Under the pieces are notes generated by a model. That model ran no database searches, was not told the DNA's origin, and saw nothing but the letters and a program-made list of their open reading frames with translations. A DNA stretch of 61,655 bases, filler included, from Hausera hauseri (taxonomy: Eukaryota), in assembly GCA_046269625.1 (NCBI GenBank). It is 10 parts of 10 records of this genome, joined end to end, with 100 filler letters (N's around TTAATTAATTAA, not from the genome) between each part and the next. Parts side by side here need not be neighbours in the genome. Positions count along the whole stretch, not along the records: positions 39,624 to 44,081 come from JBJURY010570561.1; positions 44,182 to 51,691 come from JBJURY010010012.1; positions 51,792 to 61,655 come from JBJURY010276617.1; 7 more parts are not named here. The stretch is one strand, 5' to 3'. Numbering within the stretch: position 1 is the first letter of the stretch; each line of letters opens with the position of its first letter. Below are positions 41,600-54,545 of the stretch, in pieces. The position numbers were made by a program, and so were the translations under genes.

Positions 41600-41775
41600 T
41601 AGCACTAGCACGTGCTATTGCCCTCTAAAATCGCGTGACCAGCCACAGCTGACGTCATTGAAATTAGACATGCACACATACGCGCCACGTACACTAAATC
41701 CAATTGTTACCCTTCTATTGGTCGTGTGATCACAAGGTAATACGTACATCAACAACCACAGGTATATATTTGGTA
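41600..41775 (+). promoter_or_regulatory. Putative Pol II promoter
   Basis: CACGTG, TGACGTCA, GCCACGT, CCAAT/ATTGG and TATATA clustered just upstream of the ORF at 41808. Confidence 0.45.
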
Positions 41776-41807
41776 ATCTTTCTTATTCAGCTCCTTTTTT
41801 AAAAAAA

Positions 41808-43825
41808 TTGTCACAATTCAATTTTCAATTAAGCTCAACGCAACATAAAACGAAATTACAAAAACTCAGAACAAACCAGGAATTCGACCAAAGACAGCAG
41901 TTTAATTTCTTGTTCCCCAATCTCAATCCAGCACAACTACACAAGACTAAAGTGAGAAAAAGTGTAATGGCACGAATTCAGAACCATAAGAAAATATTAA
42001 AGATACAACATCAAAATGTATTAACATCCTTATTTCCACTGTTTCACGCCGAGGTCCTCACTATAGAAGAATTACTATCTCAATATGGAAGCAAAAATTC
42101 ATCCATGTCTCATACTATGGCCAAAAGCTTCTACAACAAAACACGAAGACAAGCCATCCTGTATCCAAAATTGCTTTATCCCCATGTTGCGAAGATCCTA
42201 AATTATCTTAAGTACGGACTCAGACTAAATAGACATACAGAAATAGGAAGCATAACCAAACCGCATCAGTTCGACCTCGCTGAAATAATCACCGAATGTC
42301 CGTCAGTTGAAGGAATCATTATTCATGTTGCCAAGGGCACTATAGTTTTGAAGACACCAAAAAATGTCCTGTACACCATGTCGAACATCGCCATTGTTTT
42401 CGAAGAGGAAACACCTGCAATTAGCACGCCATTAAGTACTAATACTATCCTAATTAGACCAAATAAGATCCCAGCCGTATTAATGATTGAATGGATCCTT
42501 CCAGAGAGACACTTGGCATTACCCAGTGTGGTGCCACGGTCGCGGGCGCAGCTCGTTCTCTTGCCAGAGGGCAGATCGTCAATTCTCAATTTCCGAAGAC
42601 ATCTCCAATTTGCCTCATTTAGCAAGACAGAAGATCAGCAAACCTTCTACTGAGGCAAAAATTCAACTTTAAGCGGAAATAGCAATCTCTCCAGCATGTG
42701 ACTCTCTCCTTTTGAAAGCAAACAACGGATCGATATCTCAATGTTCAGCTTGGCAATTCTGGATACGATGTTAGGAAACTGTTGCATTCACGGTTTCTGA
42801 AATTTACGATGAACAGTACGATGTTAAAAAAGTCCATATGTTGAATATCATACAGTAATGTAAGTTGTCATGAAAGCATTGAGCGGCCAGTTTCCAGATA
42901 TTTTCATGTAATGACAGACAAAATGTTACGGGAAGTCATCACTTCTTGTATCCATCCGTCTTACTTCAACTAATCTTCTTTTCTCTAGATTTTGGATTTA
43001 ACTTTTGGGAATCAATTAAATCATAAAACCCAGGCCAATGATTATTGCTCAAAGCCCACCAGAACTTATCATCGAAACAAAGTTGAATTATTTAAACACT
43101 TTGCAGTCCAATACTATCAGAATATTGACCGTATCATTGGGTTTCATGGCAAACAAACTACAAGTTCCGATAGCAGTAACCATCTCGGACACAAAGCACA
43201 TGATATTCTACAAAGCTTTAATTGTTAATCGGAACAAAATACATACTTGCAATACAGGGCGCCACGGTATAGATTTTCACACTTTGCAAACCACCGAAAT
43301 TGATATATACGAGGTCACAAAGGAGGTAATACAGTGGCTGTTTGGAACAATCGTCGTTGGAGTAGAAACCCATAAAACGTTGCAGTTGTTCGACATACCC
43401 AAAAATTATTTATTTTAATTACCTGCTAAATCAGTCGGAAGTTACCGGTAAAGCATTTTGTGCCATTGATATAATGAACGTTGCCAGAGTTGAAATTATC
43501 CAGGATTAGAAAGCAATGTGTTTATGAACAAGATATTAGAGAAAAATTGGAATTAACCATGGATATACTACAAACTATTAGTGACATAAAACATGTCAGT
43601 TGGACACCGAAGGACCTGAATGCAACTGTTACCGATGTTGGAGAATTGTTTTACGATCGAGATAAGTACTTACAGAATTTTGGATGGACTTATAAAATTG
43701 AAGCCAGTATTAGGAAACCAAATTGGGATCAAATCGTTGACGATCCAGACATAGATGAAATGGACCTCAATATCCCTGAGAATATTGAAGATTGTTTAAA
43801 TATTCAAAAATCAGTGTCGAAATAA
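41808..43825 (+). pseudogene. Unknown long coding region, partly disrupted
   Basis: 281-, 126- and 114-aa co-oriented ORFs; no family recognised. Confidence 0.4.
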
Positions 43826-44181
43826 AACAGAGTCCTTTTTGATAATTGTTATTGTCGGACTGCAGTATTAGCAACTCAGATTGCTGACGTAAATATTCCA
43901 ACAATACGTCTGCAACAACTTCAAAAGCCACTCCGTCAATCCTTTATCGGAACGATTAACATTTGAGACATTAACCATCAGAGATAGGAAAGAGCTTCAG
44001 ATTGATCTGACTAGTTTACTTGTAACTAACCTAGTGATAAAGATGAATGGACCTACAGGAAATGTCAATCGAACCCCAACANNNNNNNNNNNNNNNNNNN
44101 NNNNNNNNNNNNNNNNNNNNNNNNNTTAATTAATTAANNNNNNNNNNNNNNNNNNNNNNNNNNNNNNNNNNNNNNNNNNNN

Positions 44182-47100
44182 AGCAGACAGTAGATTTGCG
44201 TTTAACACTTCGTATGAGAAAATTGGCTCAACTGTGATGGAACCAACCGACCTCGATGGAAAATATGCTACCAAATTATCTGTACCTGAGATGTATTCCA
44301 AAAGAAAGCTGAACGTAGACAGGTATAATATATGTCTCTCTTGCCTCGGTGATGGCTGTTTTAACGACATGATGTGCAGGAAAGACTTGTGATCAGTTTG
44401 AATCACAAAGGGTCGAAAGAAACGTAGGTGTTTAAATGTTTTACTGCCAGGACTATGGCGAGTAAATTACGGTCAAATGTTGAATAAGGGCTTTCGGGTT
44501 GTGTAAGCTTCCTAGAGTAAAATTCTAATGGTTCATCGGTGGCTGTGGTCAAAGCATCGGTGGTAAGTGTAAGATTTGCGTTGGGCTTTGGATAGGCCAG
44601 TATTTCGACGGATTTTAGTCCATCGCGTAAATGATCAAACTTGGTGACTAAATTAGGAGTCCAGTGAATCAATTGCCTCTTTTTTCCGGATGACAAATGT
44701 ACAAAAGGTGCTGTGAGCTCAGAACAATGAGGCACGTATTTGTGGATGAAGTGGAGTGTGCCTAAACACTTCTCATGTCAATGATAGTTGTTGGTAGAGT
44801 TGTGTTCTTTAATTGTTGTAGTTGATCCGGTTGTGGAGAGTGGCCGTCCGGAGTGATGACGTGACCTAGGAAATTTACACGTTTTTGAAAGAAATAACAA
44901 TTGGAGAAGTTGACTTGCAAATTACTGTGATGTAGTCTGTGAAAGATAATACGAAGGTGTTCTTGATGTTGTTTGACAGACGTACAGCAACTAATATATC
45001 ATCAATATATGGATGAGCGAAGTCAAGGCCTGAGAGTACGGTATCAATGTGCCGTTGAAAAGTTTGGGAAACACTACGTAAGCCAAATGGCATAAAGATA
45101 TATTCGTAGAGGCCAAATCGAGTAATTATAGCAGTTTTGAAATATTATCAGGTGCAATAGGAATTTGATGATATGCTTTATGCAAGTCAATTGTGGAGTA
45201 CGTGTTATTGTTGGTAAGGCTGCACAGGATGTCATTTATGAGAGGTAAAGGGTAAGTATCCAGGACTGTTTGATTATTTAACTGACAGTAGTCACCACAT
45301 GGTCTGTAAGTGCCATCTTTCTTTGTTACTACATGCAATGATGAAGCCCATAGTAATTTGGATCTTCGAATTATGCCAGCCTTTTCGAGTTCATTGATCT
45401 CTGATTCAATGGCTTTTCGTCTGCGAGGTGACAGTGGCCTTACCTTTTGTCTGATAGGTCTTTGGTGTTCGGAGACTGTGGTGATAAGTTATGGAGTGCG
45501 GCTTGAAATTGATGTCCTTCTTAAGAGTGCGGAAGCAAGAAGTTTTGATAAAGGATTTAAGATTGGATTCCAGCGATAAGAATGATGAGGGCATATTAGT
45601 GGAAGAGTCGGTGGCTGTAATTGATGTAGAATCACGCAACACTTTGTTAATGACATTCGGTTCAATCTATTGTTTCAAGATTGATTTGTTCTCACTTGAT
45701 GAAATTGAAAATATTGATGAATTATTAAGCGTCTTGTTATCAGCCGATAAGGCGCATGTCAGATTGACATTTGAATGAACAGAGGAAGACAAAGTGTCCG
45801 ACTGGTAATTTGGTGAGCATTTGTTAGAATTTGCAACGACCTTTCTGGGCAGGAGGCATTTATGCTTGCAGTCGACTAACAAATAGTATGCAGCCAGGAA
45901 ATCGGAGTCTATTACGGGCTATCTAATATTGGCTATATGAAATTCCCAAGAAAATTTCCCTGGTAGGTTGTAGAATATGAAGGACAGTTTTATGGTACCT
46001 ACAATGTTCAAGGGTTGATCACAAGTAGTGAAGAGTGGAGGAGAGAAAACTGTGTTAGATGTTGGAGTGAAAGACAAAGTACGAAGTGAAAAGGCAGCTC
46101 CCGAATCAATAAGGAAGTCTATGTGTGATGTGTCTCCAAATAGCAGATCAGCTTTCAGCAGAAAGACTGCAGAGGCGGTGTTGAAACGGCCAGAATATTA
46201 AACGATATTGCCTGTACCAGAATGTGCCGTGGCATCCGGTGGCATTATTGGCTTTTTGAGACTAGTTGGGAGAAAGAAGAGCAATGGTGAGTGCGAGGAG
46301 GTGAAGAAAAATGAGAGAAGCTAGAATTCTTTTTATAATGTTTACAACCAGGCACACATGATCTAGCCCGTGACTGAAAATTATTGTGATAGACATAAGT
46401 GGAGTTGTCTACAGCGTACCGTTCGCTGTAGAACCGACAACCCAAAAACACTTCCTAGCATCCATTCGAAATCGCGTGTGATAAAACAAGTCATGCGTCC
46501 GACATGTGAAATGGATCGAGCAGTGTCTGGAAGTGGTTCTCTCCCTTAGAGGTCTGGTTTTGCTTCGTCGAGGCCTATTAAGATTATTTAATTGGGTAGT
46601 AATGGCTAGAATCAACTTCTATAACTAGTCAAACTATCGCTGCACCAATTGCAATTGTTGTCAGAATGAAGTGTTGTCGGTGTGTGAAAGTGTGTGAGCG
46701 GTTGCTGCAGCTAATGGTTGTTGACAATTAGACTGAAAAATGTCAAAACTTTTGTCTGCCAATAAGGCGAGCTTTTCAAGGGCTGTTCAGTCATCTACTA
46801 CAGTGAGCAGCGCCCTGATGGAGGTAGGTAAAGATAAAAGAAAATACCGACGAAAAAGATCGGCATTGTTTATGGTAGTGACGCCTAAAGAACTCAGTTG
46901 AGATTGCAGTTTTCAGGAAGTCCGATGGTTTTTGATTTCCGATGGCGTGTTCCTTGAAGTATTTCTGAATTATGCTGTCAATGGAAGAGTCGGTGATATG
47001 CAGAACTTATTCATAAAGCATATCATATGGAGTCGAAGAAGTGAGTATGTCAGCAAGGTAGTTGATTTGCTGCTTGATGTTAGCTGAAAGTAATAGCAGC

Positions 47101-48790
47101 AAACTATTCGCCCGCAAAAAGGAGTCTGTGATATGATTGGCTTTAAGCCATTGCAAATGGAACTGTAACCAAGTGCGACTCGACTTGGTTTTATTAAGAA
47201 AAAAGTCTGTGCAAGGAAGATTTGGGAATGTAATTGGTGTGGGGTCGGCATGGCGACGACCAAATCTGATATTTGTGGGGTTTTCCACATAAGAAGGATC
47301 AGGGTCCGACCCACCCCGTAAGCGAAAATGAAGCATGAGACAGGTGTCTGGACGTTTGTGGCATACGAAAGATGAAAGGGAGTCTGAAGGATGTACTATA
47401 AGTCCTTGATATGTGAAATAAAAATAAGAGATGCTATATGATGAGGCAGTGTTATATAAGAACTGTGCTGTCTCGTTGAGTGGAGCTTGTAAGGTTGTAA
47501 TGTGTTGGTTGTAGCTAAAGACCAGGTAAGATAATTGTGGTAAGGTCATCCCAAGGGAACGATGAAATGCAGGGGGCTTGGGCGGTTACCTTTTGGAATT
47601 AAGAAGCGGTTCGAGTGTACAGCCGGGATAGCGGTGGCAAGTGATGATTGGGACAAAGGAAGATCCAAAGATGTTAAGCTTACAAACCCTTTAAAATAAA
47701 AAATGGTTTTAGCCAGGAAGGGCTTGCATATGCGCGAAAAATGGTCACACTGGTAGGCGCGAATAAATGAAAGAAATCTCACCCACGTGTTTAGATGCCG
47801 CTGATGATGGAATATCTGCCGATCGATCGGTAAGGTTGCTGTAGTCTCACAGTACGTCCATACAATCAATACGGTGGTCTGATCCGGAAGGTTCGAAGTG
47901 CAACATTTGACAGTGAGCGGCGATTGGACAGACAGACACGTATTTCTGGTGTATAGAGTTTGCTTGGCACTAACTTCATCGTCTTGCAGGACGCGCATGC
48001 CCATTTATCATCGTTCAGCGATTCATGTTGCGAGCGATCAGCCCCATTCACAATGATCCCGACGGAATCACAGTTGTACCACTGGTTTTAAACGTGACAC
48101 AAATCGTTTGAATCTTCTTTAGACGTATTTCGAAGAACGTGTAAATCGTCTTTAGAATCTGCCTCTACAGAAAGCACTTCAAATCGCCCTTTCAACTTAT
48201 GTTGTTCATCAATTGAGCAGCACTTAATTAGACAAATAATCTCTGTCCGACAACCGAAAAATTGACAGTTTACTGTATACGTTATTGTCGCACTCTTTCG
48301 TCAGGATGTGAAGCTTCCTTTTAAGTTCGTTATCATTTAACCGAAAGATGTTCTTGACAACCTTCGGAAATGTTTTTGCTACTAAATCAATTAACTTTCC
48401 ATCGTGGTCGGACAACTTTTCGTAGTCAGTGGTTATTAGATATTTAAACAAGTTTATCCAAAGGATTTCATCTTCCTGAGACTTAAATACACGATTTAAT
48501 ATGCACCACGGCAATGAATACAACATGACTGCGTTATTGCTTGAAAACCTTTTCCAACTGCTATATGACGATGATCGACTAGAATTCTGTGAGGAATTTT
48601 CTGTACTCTGACAATTAAATGCATTAAGAGAATGAATTTGAGAATTAGTTGTTGAACAAACGTCATTAGTTTGATTGTTTGTCAATTCGGAATTTTCGTA
48701 ACCATTATTTAGGGGCAATTTCGATCGGCACTCAATGTTTGCTTTGAATTTCTGTTTGCTCGATCTGGCAACACTCTTTTTGTTGTCCAA
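44182..48790 (-). mobile_element. Ty3/Gypsy family A copy 3 (upstream ORF, UBL-Gag, PR, RT, RH), decayed
   Basis: LMLHFRLRGG; Gag near-identical to copy 1; FLIDSGAAFSL (PR); KKDGTYRPCGDY, TIDLHKAYHQIPI, MPFGL, YIDDIL (RT); LTTDA, TDHKS (RH). Confidence 0.93.
47310..47549 (-). CDS. Ubiquitin-like domain (80 aa, Met to LRGG) at the Gag N-terminus (family A copy 3)
   Basis: MTLPQLSYLVF..FYFTYQGLIVHPSDSLSSF..LMLHFRLRGG versus ubiquitin RLIFAGKQLEDGRTLSDY..LHLVLRLRGG. Confidence 0.8.
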
Positions 48791-48879
48791 GAGGTCCTGT
48801 TCTGCTCGGACACCTGAACCTTAGTTCCAATTTCTATTTAAAGACCCGAGAGTAGTCGTTTCATTTGGCGCTGTAGGAA

Positions 48880-51117
48880 CCGTCAACTGTTTTGAACTTC
48901 TTCGCCAGTTGTTTTATTCTGTCTCTGTTGAGTTGTTAATACATTCTGAATTAGCTCTCCATTGATGTACGTATTTGGGGAATTGTGCTGACACGTATCA
49001 TATATGGGCGACAACGATGACACAGTAACAACTGGGATTTTTATGCTATAATGGGATTCTGTGCTACCATTGGAAATCACACCACCTACTTCTAGATCTC
49101 TAACTTTACCGATTTGATAAGGAGGACTTATATCAACTCCACAAACAATGACTGATTTATCAGACACATCTTTGACGGTATCATTGTACGAAAATTTTTC
49201 TGTATAATGAGATGAAAAACACGAAAGAGACGTCACACTATCCGTTAAGATGTAGTTCATATATTCAGCACCACTCGTTCCTGGATAGACCAGCCACATT
49301 ACTTGAATGGGAGCCGGTCTTAATGCAAATATCTCATTTCTGGCACCCTTTGTGTATCCGTTCTTGTTGACAAGAATGTATTTTATCAGAAGTTATTTTA
49401 TCGGCAGCTTTAACATCGCATTGTATGGTGTGCAAGTCAAAGAAATGCTCGGTTTCTCGGAGAATTTTAACACGGAATGTCGTTCCATTGTCCGACGTTA
49501 ATGAATAACAGAAAATTTCCACTTTTGAACTATCGTGTTAACCAAGAATGCTCTGCATCAAATGACTGGTGGGGTAATTACAAAAATCGGAACTGACATA
49601 GCCAATTCGTAATCGTTCACCGAGTAATAATTTTGAATTGAATTTATACTTTGTTTTACGAAGTAGAGAAACTTTTTCAACGCACAGATTTGCGTGCTTT
49701 TCTGCGATATGTCTTCGTTGTTCTGGTGTTAAAGGATACAACATGGTGTGGTGAGGATGGACAGATGGAAGGCATCTCATTTCTAACTGCTCTTGAACGA
49801 TAGCTTCCAATCGTTTCATTTTATCATTATAATCTTGCGAGTCGCAAATAATCTGTAAACAATGGGCTAAATTACAAAATGCGTCAAGATAATTTGGCTT
49901 AATTTTTAATGCGGAACGATAAGAATTAATTACTTCATTTATGTTCCCTGTGTCTATAAATGCTATCTAAATTCGAGTGAGTATCAGCAAATGTTGGATT
50001 GATTTGAATAGCTGTCTGATAACATTGCATAGCTGCATTTACGTCCTGCATTTCCTTCACAGTGTTTTCCATATTGGAATGAACATCGGCGAAATTCGGT
50101 GAAATTCTAATCGCTTCTCGATATTGCATTAAGGCTTCATTTAACTTTCCTTGCAATTGCAACATGCCAAATTTGAATGTGCAGCTACAAATTCCGGATA
50201 TACAACTGCATACGCATATACAACTGCATTGCTTCTTCCGAATGACCTTGCTCTCGTTTAATATTGGCAAGATTATTTAATGAGTCGGCATGACTTGGTT
50301 GCAATCTTAATGCCGTATTATAGCATTCCTCAGCTTCTGATACTTTTCCTTTCTCTTTCAGAGCATTTGCAAGATTACAATAAGCGTCAGGAAAATTCGG
50401 CTGCAATTCAATGGCTCTTCGATACGTATCTATCGCCAAATCAACAAGATTTTGTTCGTAATAAACACAAGCCAAATTCCCATGAATTATGGCATTATTC
50501 GAAGCTAAATTCAACGCCTTTAAATATGCTGTAACGGCTCTATCGAATATCCTTGCTTCCTTAAAAACATTTCCTAGATTTATATAGGCGTCTAAAAATT
50601 TTGATCGACAGTTTTTTTAATGATGAATGGCAAGCCATATTTCTGATTGTGCGTTAAAAACATCCAAGGTTACTCCAAGCAACAGAAACTTGTAAGCACG
50701 TTTCTACTGCTTTTAAATATCAGCTATTCGCTACATCCAATCTTTCCAAAGCCTTAAATAAATTGCCTAAATCACTACGAATGTGGTACAAATCGGGATT
50801 ATTATTCAACACGGTCATATGTTTGCTGATAGCTGATTCTATATGACCGGCTGCAACAAATTCCGCTGCCAAATTCAGGAAATAATCGATAAATTTCGGT
50901 TTAACCCGAAGAGTGTGTTTGTAATTTTCAGTGGCATCGGCCAGTTGGCCTTTTTCTTTTAAAATATTACCCGAACTGGAGTAGGCTTCGGCCATTTTGG
51001 GATTTTGTTTAATTGTCAAATGGCAGAAAAATATCAATTTGTAGAATTTTCTTATTAGGAGTCGATCGAACTGAGTAATAATAAAACTGCATTATTGTAC
51101 GGTTCTGATTTCCACAG
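48880..51117 (-). pseudogene. OGT: O-GlcNAc transferase, intronless, disrupted and 3'-truncated
   Basis: VLLLLSSI; AEAYS..GNILKEKGQL; [46 protein letters not shown]; [14 protein letters not shown]; [22 protein letters not shown]; MWLVYPGTSGAEYMNYILTD; many stops and frameshifts. Confidence 0.95.
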
Positions 51118-51150
51118 ATCAAAAAACTGACCGTGGACATCACCACAAAT
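51115..51150 (-). pseudogene. 12-codon fragment of a PPP-family (PP2A/PP4/PP6-like) phosphatase
   Basis: ICGDVHGQFFDL matches the GDxHGQ motif. Confidence 0.65.
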
Positions 51151-51259
51151 GGAGTTGCGGGGTGGTTTAATGCAATAAGTCAAATCCACCAACCTGGAAT
51201 CTACATGGTGGCCGCGGCATGCGCAGCCCACCACAAATAAATTCAACTGTATCACCGAG

Positions 51260-51691
51260 CCTGGCATCGAGGAGAATGGTTCATCATGGTGAGTATGAAA
51301 TTATGGCCGTGGTCTGGACGAATAGGACCGACTAAATCAATATGCATGGACTCAAAACGCGACGTAAAGGGGAATTGATATACTTGTGGCTTCAGATGCT
51401 TGTTGATTTTGAATTTTTGGCAGGCCACATTCCTTAACCCAAGCCTCTACGTCTGAGCACATCGACGGTCATACTACTTGGCGTTGAAGATGACGGAAAG
51501 TTGCCTTTGCACCCAGATAATGAAGTGAGTAAAAGCTGTGAAATGCAGTTTTCTGCAAAGATGAAGAAAGTATTGGTTTGCTATTACCGGGTTTAGATGT
51601 ATCACAGGCAATTCCGTGATGATCTGATGAAATTTGAAAGACTTAAGAATGTCAGTAGTAATAAAATGGAGATTCTGCCCCACCCTCGGGG
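51260..51691 (-). pseudogene. Gypsy family A integrase fragment
   Basis: RFESMHIDLVGP..GHNFILT; similar to 35150-35560. Confidence 0.85.
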
Positions 51692-51791
51692 NNNNNNNNN
51701 NNNNNNNNNNNNNNNNNNNNNNNNNNNNNNNNNNNTTAATTAATTAANNNNNNNNNNNNNNNNNNNNNNNNNNNNNNNNNNNNNNNNNNNN

Positions 51792-52050
51792 ATGATTGCA
51801 AATTTATTTAGAAATGTTTGCCCAACTAATTGGACTTTTGGGTTCCATTTAAACATTGGTTTTGACATTTGGCCAAAGGCTCCTGTACTACCTGGATCTT
51901 TCGTAGATGGCGAATATAACTGTCCTCTTATAGTTTGAGGTATTAAATCATTTTTGATGTAAGACATCTTGGAACCCGTATCAATTAACGCATAAACGTC
52001 CAAATCCTCGATGATGATTTTGGCTAAGGGTCTTCCTTCGATCACGGTTC
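51792..52050 (-). CDS. Retropepsin aspartic protease domain (truncated at contig end)
   Basis: RPLAKIIIEDLDVYALIDTGSKMSYI. Confidence 0.88.
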
Positions 52051-52729
52051 CAAAACAGTTTGATGTTAGTTTAGAACGTTTAGTCACCGATATTTTGTGT
52101 CCGGTTATTCTTACTTCTGAAGCGGATACTATGTTTTCCAATAACTGTCTTAATTCTCCGTTTGGATATAATTCGTTATTTTCCACGTGCAATTCTTTTA
52201 TTTCATGAGTACTAATTAGCGGTTCCCAATTGTTAGTACGTAGTTCGGTATGTTGGAAGGTTTTTAATTTTGGGTTGTCCCAAACTGTCGATCTAGTTTC
52301 AATATTCTTAGATTCTCTTGGTGAATATATCATCTTAGGATCATCCGTGGATTGGCGATAAAACATTTTCCGTAAAATTCCGTATAGTTTCGTTCCTTCG
52401 TAAGGGTCTTCTACATTAATTGTCCTTTTACAAATTTCTGCCTGATATAAACTCATGGATCGTTTGTCACAATATTCGTAGAATGGAGCGGTAGGAGGTA
52501 ACATGGGCAATGGCGCTTTAACGACAGAGTACATCCTATGTCTATTTATTCCTGAAATTGCTTCTCCTCCCTTAGGCTTGTCATCATCTAAGTTATTTCT
52601 TCGTGTAGTGGATTTTGTAACTTTTCGTTTTTGTTGAAATATAGGCCTTCCTCTTCGTTTATGATTATGATATCTGACATGACGTTCTACGTCTGATTTC
52701 CACCTACTTTCTTCGTATGCCTTTAAAAA

Positions 52730-54545
52730 TTTTCCAAAAGGCGTTATGATTGCGGTCAATATTTTACATGAAAATCCAGTTAGTGGAAATATTTCGTATC
52801 CATTTATTACTGCTGGGATGACTGCCTTAATCATTTGTATTAGAAAATATATCGCCAAAAATCCTGATGCGGCCTATCCGAAAATCAAAAATCTTCCCCA
52901 AATTTTGTAGAGTATTTCTGTTGTTACTATCTGATAATGATTTACGCCAAGTAGTGAATCCCATCTAGCCTAATATCTGGTGTCGTCTACTACAGATGCC
53001 ATAGCCCGATTTAGCTCATGTGTTCGTTGTCGTGAGAAGGCAAGGAATTGTCTAAAGGACTCGATTTTCTTTGGCCTGTATATACTTTTTGACGAGGTGT
53101 CTTTAAATTTGCCGTCTGTAATTCCTTTTGCAAGATTCGTCCCTGTTAGCTTGTTGGGAGCTGCAGTAATACCTCCATTAGGTAAACTAACCCAGTCGGT
53201 TTTGCTCCGTCTAAACATCGGTTCTCCTAAGCTTGCTTTACAGTCCTTAAGAATGGTTGGTTGTGTCGCGTTATCCAATAACACCCTCGTTAACGGCGTA
53301 GCTAATCTCGGAATATTCTGATAGATAACAGGGCGTTCCTGGATACAACGTTTTTCTTCTACGTTGATGGGAACTTCTCTCTTTTCACATTCATATGTTA
53401 GCAGTACTTCGCCTGTGACCCGACCGAAGATTCCTTCTCTCATGGGAATTATTGGAGAAGCTAATTCTGGGTTTGCATATATAAGAGCCATTTTGGTTCT
53501 CATAATCTCTGTATCCAATTTGCAGTCATTCATTATCATTTTGTGATATAATTCCGTTATTCCGACTTGTCCTTTATAGTAGAAGTAATCGTCTCTATTT
53601 TTCAGGTAATCTTCAATCCGAACATCCTGCGTTTGCAATTTGTAAATTTTTACTTTTATTTTTGTTTCGGCTACGAAGAACGCTTCATAGTTAGTGGCGA
53701 ACATCACAACATCACAACGAGTCATCATCTCCTTTTTATGATTTTAAGTCCGTGCGGGTCCGAGATTAATATAGTAGGTGTAGGGTGTTCCGATACATCT
53801 TCACGTGTCATTGAGTTAGTTTCTGATTTATCTACATATCTTTTTCCTGTAGTTTCATTGAACTTTAGTTCTTTACTTTTAATAAAATTACAATTTCTTC
53901 CAGAAGGAGGTTGCCATATTATGACCGAGCTTCTAAAAGCACATGTTCCGTCTTGTATATGACATTTCTGATTCTCAGTGTATAATTTCCGGATACTATG
54001 GAACATTACCTATTGTGATCGCATTTCTGATTCATAGAAATCCACAATCACAACGTTTGATTCTAATCCTTTTCCGGTATCGTATTCTGCTCCATTACAA
54101 TGTCCGCTATGCATATCCAACCTTTTAGCTACTACTTTGTGTGCTCTGATTATTTTTCCGGGTTGCATTTCCAGTCGCATGCTGTCCCATTGTATCCTTC
54201 CGGTTTCCTTAGCTTGTTTGCAATGCTGACGCTCTAAGTTCATCGGAATTAAAGGAGTGGTAGGCTTAATTATGGAGGAGTGTCCGTGTATCAGTCCACA
54301 GTGAAAAATATCGCGTGACCGTTTTAGCATGCACTCCATTCCATCTAACGATACCAATTCTTGTTGCTGATATAGGAAGTAACTTTTCTCTTGTGTTTCT
54401 AGTTTGTGCGGTCTAGCATCCTTGCAGGCTTCTAGGTCCATTAAGGAATATTTCTGTCCTAATTTAAACTTGTCACAATCATAGACGGTTACTGCACTTA
54501 TATGCTTTATTAACCTCATCAATATAAGTAAGCTAATTAGCCAAT
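52730..54545 (-). pseudogene. Chuvirus-like (class III) envelope fusion glycoprotein
   Basis: Signal WLISLLILMRLIKHISA|VTVYDC..YSLMDLEAC..ECMLKRSRDIFHCGLIHGHSS..C; GEVLLTYECEKREV..C..PV..TPLTRVL..C; C-terminal AASGFLAIYFLIQMIKAVI..INGY hydrophobic anchor. Confidence 0.82.

Noticed and set aside
47980-48110. PHD-finger-like QWYNCDSVGI...WACASCK
   Set aside because: Most ligand Cys/His residues are absent and the segment may instead align with the family A upstream ORF
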